Part shown: piece after piece, positions 9,146 to 17,816 of the stretch | Layout: each line of letters opens with the position of its first letter | Position numbering within the stretch: the first letter of the stretch is position 1 | Origin: a virus | Taxonomy: Duplodnaviria; Caudoviricetes | DNA: 42,489 bases | IMG/VR virus record: IMGVR_UViG_3300037602_000024 | Location: 1 to 42,489 of that record | Direction: 5' to 3' (one strand) | Made by a program: the position numbers and the translations under genes | Notes under the pieces: model-generated | Databases searched by the model: none | Told to the model about the DNA's origin: nothing | The model's input: only the letters and a program-made list of their open reading frames with translations

Positions 9146-9501
9146 ACAACCTCGATTGTGGCCTTGGAGCGGCCAAGCCGGGAAAGGCAGCCCGTCGTGT
9201 CTAGGGCCAACGCCTGCTGGCCGTAGATCGTCCCGTTAAGTCCTGACCCAAGCTGGCCAATTGACCGCGTCTCCGATGCGTCTCCCAGCTTCTCACTTGT
9301 AAGCGTGCCGCCGTCCCTGGCCGTGATCAGGTGAGCGGTGATCCACTTGACAATCGCTTCCTGCCGGGTCGCATCAAGAGACGCGATGCAATTTTCGGCC
9401 AGCAGCGCTGCGTCATCGATCAGCGCCGAAACGATGGCCGTGCTAAGGCTTGTTCCGGTCAGATCGATGACATCAGAGGCGCTAGGCTTGCTGATCGCCA
9501 T
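9142..9501 (-). CDS. Head-tail adaptor protein
   Basis: WITAHL...SEKLGDAS...TIYGQQALALD pattern; position after the capsid gene. Confidence 0.7.
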   Translation of the reverse strand: MAISKPSASDVIDLTGTSLSTAIVSALIDDAALLAENCIASLDATRQEAIVKWITAHLITARDGGTLTSEKLGDASETRSIGQLGSGLNGTIYGQQALALDTTGCLSRLGRSKATIEVV

Positions 9502-9709
9502 CAGCCTTGGCCTTTGCTGGCTTCCGGATCGGAGGCTTGGGCTCCGCGCCTTCGTCTTCCACCCGGATCAGCTTGTCAGAGAATGCCGCCAACTCCTGTT
9601 CAGAGCCGTCGAACTCTCCGCCGCCTTCGTATGCAGCGCGTCGGCGCTTTCCGTCGCTCCCGCGCTCAATGCGGACGTGACGCTGTCCGGCTTTCACTCT
9701 CAGCTTCAT
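9482..9709 (-). CDS. Small hypothetical protein after the capsid gene
   Basis: RBS (GGGAGAG) upstream; overlaps the next gene. Confidence 0.6.
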   Translation of the reverse strand: MKLRVKAGQRHVRIERGSDGKRRRAAYEGGGEFDGSEQELAAFSDKLIRVEDEGAEPKPPIRKPAKAKADGDQQA

Positions 9710-9721
9710 GTCGCTCTCCCG

Positions 9722-10804
9722 TTACGTCGTCGCGTGCATGATGCCGCAGTGCCCGTCGTAGTCCTTCTTGAGACGGGGAGCCCAGGCCGCGAAAGTCTGG
9801 AAGTTGTTGACCCAACCATCTCCGCTGGACCACTGGACGGTGTTCAGATCGGCAGCAAACGCCAGATCGATCACAGAGCGCGACATCTGGATCATGATGA
9901 CGTTGGCTGCGGCCAGAACGTCGGAGACACGAACCGCCTTGATCACGCCGTCCGCCAGAACGCGCTCCATCAGCGTCTCCGTGCCGAACGCCTTGTAGTC
10001 CTGCCGAAAGCGGAAAGAATATTCTTTCGGAATGTAGAGATTGAACGGGCCGAAGTGCCGGGCGTCCGTCTCCATCTGCTGAACCATCGTCAGAATTTCG
10101 GCGTGGATTTCCTCCGGCGTCACATTGACGTCATCGGACCAGTCCGAAATGGTGATGGTCTCGCGAGAGGGGAAGTTGGTCAGGCCGTAAATCTGATACG
10201 TGTTGCCCGCGGAGGGGACCGTTTGCGACCAGCCATTGAACACCAGGCTCTCGCTCACGCGAGCCACCGCCCGACCGGCTTCAGCGCCCATGGTAACGTC
10301 CAGCGCGGAGCCGCGGGTGCGGCTCGCCAGCAGCGTCCGCTCGCCAATCTGCCAGGGCTTCTGGATGATCGGGATCGGGATGCCGTCCAGACCGAACACC
10401 TGCCGGTCGCGATCGGCCTGGCTGTTGCCGTCCATCGTGATGGAGGCGTCCGTCATCTCGCTCGCGGTCTCCCACTCGCTGATGAGCGTGCCGAGCCCGC
10501 CGACGTTGTACGTCAGGCCTGCGGACCGAAGATCATCAACGATGACCAGCCGCTCGCGCGCCGCCTCGATGATCTGATCTTCCAAATTGATCCATTCATC
10601 CTTGCGGAGCGTGGCGTTGGTGTTGATCGGCCTTTCGGTGTAGATCGGCTGGCCGGTGTTGTCCATCTGGCCGGTGTTTACCGCAATAACGGACCGTCCC
10701 GCATACTTGCCGGAAGTGGCGACATACGGGCGCTTGGCCAGGATCGCGTTTTCGCCGCCCGATAGCGGAGAGGCGTTGAACGCTTCGATTTGGGTTCCGA
10801 ACAT
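9722..10804 (-). CDS. Major capsid protein, HK97 fold (encapsulin/Linocin M18-like family)
   Basis: ATG 10804 with a GGAGGGG RBS; NATLRKDEWINLEDQIIEAARERL, IYGLTNFPSR, HFGPFNLYIP motifs; follows the protease and decoration genes. Confidence 0.85.
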   Translation of the reverse strand: MFGTQIEAFNASPLSGGENAILAKRPYVATSGKYAGRSVIAVNTGQMDNTGQPIYTERPINTNATLRKDEWINLEDQIIEAARERLVIVDDLRSAGLTYNVGGLGTLISEWETASEMTDASITMDGNSQADRDRQVFGLDGIPIPIIQKPWQIGERTLLASRTRGSALDVTMGAEAGRAVARVSESLVFNGWSQTVPSAGNTYQIYGLTNFPSRETITISDWSDDVNVTPEEIHAEILTMVQQMETDARHFGPFNLYIPKEYSFRFRQDYKAFGTETLMERVLADGVIKAVRVSDVLAAANVIMIQMSRSVIDLAFAADLNTVQWSSGDGWVNNFQTFAAWAPRLKKDYDGHCGIMHATT

Positions 10805-10817
10805 TCTCACCCCTCCT

Positions 10818-11276
10818 TTAAGGCGTGCTGGTCTGGGCGGGAACGATCTCCGCCTTGATGCGGACGGCGGTGCCGCCCCCAGAATTGTCAACGCTTTCGA
10901 GCGCCTGGGCCACGATCACGTCGTTGGCGGCAGCCGCGATCAAGCCGCCAGCGCCGTCCGACTGAAGGAAGCCGCCAACGGTGATTGCCGCCGCACCCGC
11001 GGGCACGATCGCGTAAACGTGCGAACCAGGCGGAAGCGTCTTGAACCGACAGTTGTTGCCGACGGCATAGTTGTCATCGATGTCGAGCCCAACCAGGTCG
11101 TTTTCGATCGCAAAATGCGTGCTGGCGCTGCCGCCCGCGACGTTGTGGGGCCGGACGCCGGCTGCTGTCCGGGTCACAAGCATGCCGGGAGTGATCGCCG
11201 CATTGGTGACGGGTGCCTCCTGCTGCGGACCGTCACCCTGAAGGACGATGGTCTTGGGGGTCGTTGCGCTGGTCAT
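10818..11276 (-). CDS. Capsid decoration/cement protein
   Basis: Small and Ala/Gly-rich; AITPGMLV...LQSDGAGGL...VAQALE; lies between protease and capsid. Confidence 0.7.
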   Translation of the reverse strand: MTSATTPKTIVLQGDGPQQEAPVTNAAITPGMLVTRTAAGVRPHNVAGGSASTHFAIENDLVGLDIDDNYAVGNNCRFKTLPPGSHVYAIVPAGAAAITVGGFLQSDGAGGLIAAAANDVIVAQALESVDNSGGGTAVRIKAEIVPAQTSTP

Positions 11277-11277
11277 G

Positions 11278-12540
11278 TTAGCGGTCCTTCTTCTCGACGG
11301 TCAGCAGACCGCGGTGGATGCGCAGCGGGGAAGGGTCAGCGCCTTCTTCCCGCCCGTTGGAGGCGAAGCCGCCCATGCCGGAATAGTCGCGCGGCTGGAT
11401 TGCCTTGGCCATCTTCTTGAGGACGGAAACGGGCATCTTCGCAAGCTCATCGTCCGTGAAGGTCTTGTCACCGTTCGCGTGAATTGCCTTCATGGCGTCG
11501 TGCCGGTCAAGAGCCTCCTGGACGCGATTGGCGATGATGGCTTCCAGGTCGGCAATCTTCTCCGTCTTGCCGGAGCCTTTCTTGCCGCGGGAATTCCGGG
11601 CCATGTCGTCCGGCTCTTCACCGTCTTCCGCCATCGTCGGCATGTCGTCGTCTTCTTCTTCGCCCGGCATGTTTTCTTCGTAGCCCTCGCCTGCCTCGAA
11701 AGCGTCCATCAGCGCGCGGGTCATCTTCCGCTGCTCAGGGTCCATCTTCTGCAGGAACTCGAACTGTTCGGCGGTCATCTTGCCGTTATTGACAAGCTGT
11801 TCCGCCTTCTTCATAAAAGCGTCCATTTCGCACTGTCCTTTCGCGTTGGGACTGCAGTTAACGCGCAAGCCCAGCGCCTGCGCAAGCGTTTCGATCGCGC
11901 TTTTCACGTCCACTCTCTTGCTCCTTTCCGAATTGACACGGGTTCCGCATCCATCGGCCACCGAACACGCGCCAATCTCCCCCGGAAGCAAGGCCAAGTG
12001 GTCCGGGCGGATATTGCGGTGAATCATGTTGTAGGTCTTGCCGTTGTATGTCCCGCTGGCGGGCTCATCGTCGGCATAATAGCCAGTGCTCACTTCGATC
12101 ATCGCGCCTTCCGCTAGCGCGTCAAGCAGCATGTCATAGCCCAGGCGCTTCGACTTTTCGATGTTGAGCCACGCTTCGGATTTCAAGCGATCGCCGTCCA
12201 CGAAGGTGTTGAAGATGTAGCCGAGAGCCTTGGATTGAATCACTGCCGGATAGTTCGCGCTGATCGGCGCGCCGTTCATCGTCGGGTGGAGAACCGGAAC
12301 TGGACGCCCGTTCCAGGCGTCGGGATATTTGCCATATTCCTCATGAGTCACCAGCGCCTCATTCATGACGCCATCGACGATCATGACGACGGGCACAACC
12401 AGGTGCTCCGCGCCGTCGAATGTTTCGCGGCGGACAGCGTTCTCGCCATTGGCAGTTATGTGCGACTTAAATGTGTGCACCGGCAATCTCCCGCGGCAAT
12501 AATCCTGGATTTGCTGCCAAAAGGAAAGTATTTTCTTCAC
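11278..12540 (-). CDS. Prohead protease-scaffold (DUF2213-like)
   Basis: WNGRPVPVLHP, EVSTGY, RPDHLALLP..GACSVADGCG motifs; acidic helical C-terminal scaffold. Confidence 0.8.
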   Translation of the reverse strand: MKKILSFWQQIQDYCRGRLPVHTFKSHITANGENAVRRETFDGAEHLVVPVVMIVDGVMNEALVTHEEYGKYPDAWNGRPVPVLHPTMNGAPISANYPAVIQSKALGYIFNTFVDGDRLKSEAWLNIEKSKRLGYDMLLDALAEGAMIEVSTGYYADDEPASGTYNGKTYNMIHRNIRPDHLALLPGEIGACSVADGCGTRVNSERSKRVDVKSAIETLAQALGLRVNCSPNAKGQCEMDAFMKKAEQLVNNGKMTAEQFEFLQKMDPEQRKMTRALMDAFEAGEGYEENMPGEEEDDDMPTMAEDGEEPDDMARNSRGKKGSGKTEKIADLEAIIANRVQEALDRHDAMKAIHANGDKTFTDDELAKMPVSVLKKMAKAIQPRDYSGMGGFASNGREEGADPSPLRIHRGLLTVEKKDR

Positions 12541-13403
12541 CGCAGGTCAATATTGGACGCTCCATCAATTACAGGGAGCCATGCGCAACGGCAATTCGGG
12601 TGAACGGGGATTATGCTGCGCGCTTCCTCCTTTGTGTAAACAGTCCCTTCCAGCCCTTCACAGATGGGGCAAACGGAAGCGTCTTGTGCCGTCGTAAACT
12701 CCACCTGCGCTTCAACGCCCGCGATCCCTGCTTCTTCGTAGGCGTTCAGCGATGCCTGGGCGTGAGCAGAAACGACTTCCGTCCGCGCGAGCGTCCGGGC
12801 GCGGGTGATGCCAATTTTGTCAACGCGCTCATTCATCCTCTGCGCGATCTTCTGCGGCCCAATGCCTTCCGCCAAGCCTTGCGCGAGAGCGCGGGAAATC
12901 TGCTGGTCCATTGCCTGCGTTATTCCCTCCAGCTGATCGTATGCCCGAATATAGGCGAGGCCAGCGCGGTCAACATGAATGGGTCGCCGGAAAGCAGCAT
13001 CAACCCATCGCTGCTCAACCTTCCCGCCCGATCGGCGGATATTGTTTGCCGCGGAAGCCACTCCCTTCTGATAGGCGGCTTCAACATATTTGGAAGTCCA
13101 TGCCTGGCGAGCCGCGGCGGCTTGCGGCGTGCCTTCGCGAACGGTCAGGATTTCATCACGCTGCATCTGCTTTAGCCAGGCCATGAAGGCTTCGATCTTC
13201 TTGTCAGTACGCTCGAATGCGAAGCGCTGGTTCAGCTTCAAGCCAAAGCCATCCTGCTTGATCACAACGTCGTTGATGCGCCCCTTGACGCGGCGAAAGC
13301 GCTTGTATGCCTCCGCTTCAAAGCGCCTCCTGATCAGCGTCGTCTTCGTTGGGTCCGTCCGGTTATCGGCCATCACCCGGATCGTTCCACAACTACACGC
13401 CAT
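12537..13403 (-). CDS. Head morphogenesis protein (MuF/SPP1 gp7 family)
   Basis: RARTLARTEV...D.SVCPIC...IPVHPNCRCAW signature. Confidence 0.9.
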   Translation of the reverse strand: MACSCGTIRVMADNRTDPTKTTLIRRRFEAEAYKRFRRVKGRINDVVIKQDGFGLKLNQRFAFERTDKKIEAFMAWLKQMQRDEILTVREGTPQAAAARQAWTSKYVEAAYQKGVASAANNIRRSGGKVEQRWVDAAFRRPIHVDRAGLAYIRAYDQLEGITQAMDQQISRALAQGLAEGIGPQKIAQRMNERVDKIGITRARTLARTEVVSAHAQASLNAYEEAGIAGVEAQVEFTTAQDASVCPICEGLEGTVYTKEEARSIIPVHPNCRCAWLPVIDGASNIDLR

Positions 13404-14703
13404 CGTCTTCCTCCGCGTCGAAGGCGTCGCCTTCGACGTCTTCCGGAAGCGGCTCTTCAAGTTCGATCGGCTCCGGCTCATCGAAGCCCATGACATCAGT
13501 AGCGAACTTGGCTGGGCCGATGATGTATTCTGCGCCGGGAGAATTCACGTATTTCTGGATGGCGCTCGCTTGAATATCGGCAACGCGCGCCCGCCCTTCA
13601 TCGCCGAGCGTATCGACCGCTGGCCAATCCACTTCGAAGCTGCCTCTTGGCAGGAAGCCAATTGCTTGGCCTTTGTTGAAGAAGGGCTCGATGATGCAAG
13701 GGGTTGTGAACTGTTCGCGCCGCTCCTTGATCCGCGCGGCCCAGTTGTTTTCGTCCTGGGCGCTGGAGAGCTCACCGCGCTCGCTCCCAATCAGGATGCG
13801 CTTGGGCATGCCGACTGCGCCCGCAATCAAGTCCAAGAGCTTATCGACAGCGGCTGATGAGTCAGAGCCCTGCATGCCCGGCGCTAGCTGCTGAGGCGTC
13901 ACGCCGCGAAGGCGAAGCATTCGGCGCAGGCCGTGCTGAAGCTCTTCAAGTTGATCGGCCATGGTGGACGCTTCATCCGGATCGAAGTCCACATCAGCAT
14001 CCGCCAGGAAGGCCAGGAGCATCGCGCTATTCTGCCACCAGACTTCCGCATTGCCTCCGACCATCTTGTCCAGATCCATGAGCCGGTTGAAAACGCGCTC
14101 CAGGCGAGGGATGCCGATCGAAGCGTGCTCAAGCGATCGCTCCGCGACGTGGATCACCCGGCTGTGGTGGACTGATAGCATTGTGCGGCCTGAGCCGGAG
14201 CCAATCCAATTGACGCCCGTCGTGATGTTATACTTTTTCGGCAAGCCATAGCGCGGGCTGGTTATGTCGTCTTCCCATTCCGCAACCTGCGCCGTCCGCT
14301 CCCCGTGCGGCTGAACAAACAGCAAATCGCGATCGCCTTGGCCCACCGGCTGGGATGGGTCTTCCCCGCCGCTCAAGCCCAAGAAAAGGACGCCATAATG
14401 TCCCAGGCCGACAAGCCGATCCAGCCGGTGAAACGCCGCCAGCACTTGGCGGTCCTTGTCCAACTTCTCCCAAGCGGAGACGAAGGCATCCTCTCCCTTG
14501 ATCAAGGGCGGCTCGCGCCAAGTCGCGTCCGGGAAAGCATCGACGATGCGCCCAGCAATGTCCTGCCGCTTGTAGGCGTCCGTCATCTTCTCAACGGTGA
14601 GCACGCGCGGATAGCCCATCGTCTCATACAAATCGCGATCGCCTCCGAAGTGCATGCCTGCCTGTTGGGCCAACTTAGCGCGTGTTGTAAGGGGAGACGC
14701 CAT
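13393..14703 (-). CDS. Portal protein (DUF1073-like)
   Basis: Follows terL; IAGRIVD, SPRYGLPKKY, VHHSRVI, GMPKRILIGSERGEL motifs. Confidence 0.85.
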   Translation of the reverse strand: MASPLTTRAKLAQQAGMHFGGDRDLYETMGYPRVLTVEKMTDAYKRQDIAGRIVDAFPDATWREPPLIKGEDAFVSAWEKLDKDRQVLAAFHRLDRLVGLGHYGVLFLGLSGGEDPSQPVGQGDRDLLFVQPHGERTAQVAEWEDDITSPRYGLPKKYNITTGVNWIGSGSGRTMLSVHHSRVIHVAERSLEHASIGIPRLERVFNRLMDLDKMVGGNAEVWWQNSAMLLAFLADADVDFDPDEASTMADQLEELQHGLRRMLRLRGVTPQQLAPGMQGSDSSAAVDKLLDLIAGAVGMPKRILIGSERGELSSAQDENNWAARIKERREQFTTPCIIEPFFNKGQAIGFLPRGSFEVDWPAVDTLGDEGRARVADIQASAIQKYVNSPGAEYIIGPAKFATDVMGFDEPEPIELEEPLPEDVEGDAFDAEEDDGV

Positions 14704-16124
14704 CACCAAGCTCCTGCTTTCTTCTTGGACGGCGCAAGGAAGGCGAATGCCCCCGATGCCGCGTCCACTTGATCCATGTAAGTTCCGTTCGGGAACACTT
14801 CGTGCTCATCGAGAAATTCTTGGTTCCAAGGCGCTCTCAACAGAAGGACGTTCTCGCCTTGGACCTGGGAGGCGTATGGATCGGCGCGAAGCTCCTTGTT
14901 GCCCGTCACCTTGTCCGCTTTCACTGACCATCCCGCTAGATTGCGGATCGTCGCCTCAGCGCTCTCCTTGCCGCCGCTCCCTGGCTCCTGCTCGATGTAA
15001 ACCTTGACAAGTTTGCCGTCAATTTCGGCAGTCTGCTTTATGCGCCGCTCCCGATCCAACGCGCCCCACTGCCCAACGCGCACGTCTTCGACGAAATAGC
15101 GCCCGTCCTTCAGCAAGCTCATCTTAACACCCGCGGTCCGCGCGCCACCGCCCGCTGTGCCTGCCTTGTCCCAATAGCGGACCGTCTTCTTGACCTGGCT
15201 GGCCGCGGGCGCGTGCTCAATGATCTGGAAGCGATCCACCGGGAACATTCCGCCCCCGCGCGGAGCCGGGCGTTGTTGCATCTGTCCCGCGTAGCCATAT
15301 TCACCAAGCACCTTCTTGTCGCGCTCAACGACTTCCCGCGGGAAGCGATCGGGGAACATAAGCTCACCAGGCTCCGCGCGCGGGTCTTCCCAGCCGATGG
15401 ACGTGTAACATTTGCGCTCCGGCTCGAACTCCATCGGGATCATCAAGTGCTCATAGCCGAATTCCTGCTCAATAACGAAGCCGGTTGGGTCATTCTGATG
15501 GAGGCGCTGCATAATGATGATAATGGCCGATGTCTTTGGATCATTGAGCCGAAGCGGGAGCGTTTCGCGCAAGACGCGGATGGCTGTTTCGCGCGTCGTC
15601 TCATAATGGGCCTTTTCCGGGGAAAGCGGATCGTCCCAAACCACGGTATGGCCACGACGCCCGGTCATCGACGCAACAGCGCACGCCTGCCGAAAGCCTC
15701 TGTGTTGGTTCTCGAAATACAGCTTCTCATTCTGGTCGCCTTGAAGCGCGATCGGCCACAAGTCCTGGTACCAGGGAGAAAGGATGAGCTCGCGCATAAG
15801 ACGGTTGTCGCGGATCGCCAGGCCTTGTTCGTGCGCCGCGCCAATGAACTTGTGCTTGGGATCGCCAAACGGCCCCCAGAGCCAGGAGGGGAACAGCACG
15901 TTGGCAACCGTCGATTTGCTGGAACCGGGAGGCACATTTATAACCAGCCGATTGATGTGGCCTTCCGCAACGGCCTGGAAGTGCTCTGCCATTGCGTCAA
16001 TGTGCCAATTGCCCTGAAACGGATCAGGGACAACACTGGGCCAAGCAGCAGGGATGTAGGCGCGGAAGTCGCGGCGGTAAAGCTCGCGCTTCGCAGCGCT
16101 AATCGTCGCTTGGTCCAGCTTCAT
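14703..16124 (-). CDS. terL: Terminase large subunit
   Basis: INVPPGSSKS Walker A, VVWDDP Walker B, MQRLH motif, YWDKA and DQVDA nuclease motifs. Confidence 0.95.
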   Translation of the reverse strand: MKLDQATISAAKRELYRRDFRAYIPAAWPSVVPDPFQGNWHIDAMAEHFQAVAEGHINRLVINVPPGSSKSTVANVLFPSWLWGPFGDPKHKFIGAAHEQGLAIRDNRLMRELILSPWYQDLWPIALQGDQNEKLYFENQHRGFRQACAVASMTGRRGHTVVWDDPLSPEKAHYETTRETAIRVLRETLPLRLNDPKTSAIIIIMQRLHQNDPTGFVIEQEFGYEHLMIPMEFEPERKCYTSIGWEDPRAEPGELMFPDRFPREVVERDKKVLGEYGYAGQMQQRPAPRGGGMFPVDRFQIIEHAPAASQVKKTVRYWDKAGTAGGGARTAGVKMSLLKDGRYFVEDVRVGQWGALDRERRIKQTAEIDGKLVKVYIEQEPGSGGKESAEATIRNLAGWSVKADKVTGNKELRADPYASQVQGENVLLLRAPWNQEFLDEHEVFPNGTYMDQVDAASGAFAFLAPSKKKAGAW

Positions 16125-16617
16125 CGGACAATGCTGCGATTTCGGCCAGAGCGGCGGTGGAGAGCTTCGTCACGTCGATCGCGGGCTTGGGCGTCATCGA
16201 GCCATCGTTGCTGGAGTGATCGATCCCATCCTTGAGTCCAAGGTCGCGCGCGATAATGTTTGGGTTCAAAAGGTCTGCGGCTGCGTGCTCAAACTTCTGG
16301 GTCCGGATCGTTTCTTCAATCATGCTTATGACAACTGCATATTCTTGCCGATTTCGGTACCCTTGATAGGTCTCTGCGCCAATGCCGAGAAAGAGCCGCA
16401 AGCCAGAGAGAGTGAACGCGCGCACCTTTGGAATTTCTTCCTGCGTCGCGACGCCTTGCCAAACGACCAGCTTGACTTCATACAGCGGGTTTTCCTCCGC
16501 CCACTGGAAATACTCCAGCGCCTTCTCCCAAAGGCTTTCCGGCGTCGGATAAGCGCGCGGCTTCCCAAGCGCCTTCTTCGCCAACTTCCAGTATTGATTG
16601 CCTTTCGGCGCAGCCAT
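16099..16617 (-). CDS. terS: Terminase small subunit (P22 gp3-like)
   Basis: MAAPKGNQYWK...PESLWEKALEYFQWAEENPL...LLNPNIIARDLGLKD. Confidence 0.9.
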   Translation of the reverse strand: MAAPKGNQYWKLAKKALGKPRAYPTPESLWEKALEYFQWAEENPLYEVKLVVWQGVATQEEIPKVRAFTLSGLRLFLGIGAETYQGYRNRQEYAVVISMIEETIRTQKFEHAAADLLNPNIIARDLGLKDGIDHSSNDGSMTPKPAIDVTKLSTAALAEIAALSDEAGPSDD

Positions 16618-16690
16618 CGTCCGTCTCCTTCAGCGCGCATTATCGTCGATTTCGCCCAGAAAGGAAACACCATTTTAACTTTAGCCGATC

Positions 16691-16800
16691 AGGCTCCAAG
16701 TTCGTTTTTTTCGCCATTTTCCACAACTCTATAGACTACTTCTCTCTCTCTTTCTCTCTCACCAACAATACAAAACCACGAAAAAAGAGAGCTTGGAGCC
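16691..16800. repeat. Intergenic inverted repeat (GGCTCCAAG...CTTGGAGCC plus T7CG/CGA6) enclosing a CT-rich tract
   Basis: 16692..16700 is complementary to 16792..16800; inner TTTTTTCG pairs with CGAAAAAA. Confidence 0.75.
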
Positions 16801-16807
16801 AGTTAAG

Positions 16808-17287
16808 TCATTGTTTTCTCGTCGGCGCGACAATATCGTCCGCCCGCGCGATCCTCAAAATGTCGCTTCCCGCGTCAACCATCACCCACCGCCGCGCGGC
16901 CACCGGCAACACCTTCCGGACCGTTCGGCGGACGCCTTTCGTCTTCCGCTCAATAACCTCGATGTCGTCAACGCGGACAAACGCCGCTCCATCCGTTCCC
17001 GCGATCCCAACCAGAACGCCGCTGGGCACTCTCTCCCTCGCCAGCGCGCGAAGCGTCCCAAGCTGCGCCGCCCGGATGGAGAACTTTATGCCGAAGCCGC
17101 TCTTTTCCGTTGACCACTCGCCCAGCTTCAATTCGATCATTCCGGAGACGCCATCGTGCGCAATCACCAGATCGGTAAAGCCGAAAGAGCCGCCACTCTT
17201 ATTCTCGATCCACCACTTTTCGCCCATCAGGTTGCCCCACGCCCAGCGACGGACATCTTGCTCGCTGCCGAAAATCCTATTCGTCAT
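16808..17287 (-). CDS. VRR-NUC / PD-(D/E)XK nuclease (Holliday junction resolvase-like)
   Basis: SEQD...IEN...GFTDL...IELK...IRAAQ motif order. Confidence 0.75.
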   Translation of the reverse strand: MTNRIFGSEQDVRRWAWGNLMGEKWWIENKSGGSFGFTDLVIAHDGVSGMIELKLGEWSTEKSGFGIKFSIRAAQLGTLRALARERVPSGVLVGIAGTDGAAFVRVDDIEVIERKTKGVRRTVRKVLPVAARRWVMVDAGSDILRIARADDIVAPTRKQ

Positions 17288-17516
17288 CGCACACATCTTT
17301 CCAACTCCAAGTTGCTTCTTTTTTCGGACGCCCACGCCGCAGCCGCGGAACTTCCCACCCATGCAGGTCGCGAGCTTCTTCGATCGCGTTCGGGCTTACG
17401 CCTATCTGCCGCGCCGTTGCGCCAACATTCCCGTCGTTCGCCACCAAAGCCCGCCGCACGAATTCCAGCCGCTCCGCTTTCTGCTTCCGCAGCAATGCAT
17501 GATACGGAGAGCTCAT
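17277..17516 (-). CDS. Fis-like HTH DNA-binding protein
   Basis: RRALVANDGNVGATARQIGVS matches the Fis/HTH_8 pattern; TAATG overlap. Confidence 0.7.
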   Translation of the reverse strand: MSSPYHALLRKQKAERLEFVRRALVANDGNVGATARQIGVSPNAIEEARDLHGWEVPRLRRGRPKKEATWSWKDVCDDE

Positions 17517-17815
17517 TAAAACAGCACTCCTTGCCTGCTTTCCGCCACCTGCTGCTCCTTCCGCGCGATCATGGCCGGTGGCCATTTCGCCTTCCTTTCT
17601 TCAACCAGCCTCCGGATCATTCGCTTAGCCGCGGGAACGTCTTTCGCACTATCCACGCGCCGCGGCCCATCGTCCGTCATTTCGACTATCGTGACGTGGC
17701 GCGCTTCCCGATCGTAAGTGACTACGCGCCGGTAGCCATACCCGGCTTCAACCCATTGAACGGGATGCGCCTTTGGGGGATCGCGGCGCTTGTCCTGCAG
17801 ATAAGGGTATTTCAT
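17516..17815 (-). CDS. Hypothetical protein
   Basis: Tightly packed between the primase and HTH genes. Confidence 0.6.
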   Translation of the reverse strand: MKYPYLQDKRRDPPKAHPVQWVEAGYGYRRVVTYDREARHVTIVEMTDDGPRRVDSAKDVPAAKRMIRRLVEERKAKWPPAMIARKEQQVAESRQGVLF

Positions 17816-17816
17816 C

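Noticed and set aside
9338-10765. Long plus-strand ORFs antisense to structural and replication genes (e.g. 475 aa here, also 15213..16235 and 38069..39142)
   Set aside because: Typical shadow ORFs of high-GC coding sequence, with no motifs or RBS
9722-10804. Encapsulin nanocompartment system
   Set aside because: The gene sits in a full head module with terminase, portal, protease and decoration genes, and no cargo enzyme is adjacent
13854-13860. Other CTGATGA heptamers (here and 10479..10485) as further hammerheads
   Set aside because: They are antisense within coding genes, and I found no correctly placed GAAA, stem III or cleavage triplet
16740-16760. (CT)n microsatellite or phase-variation tract
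   Set aside because: Short, interrupted and intergenic; treated as part of hairpin element A
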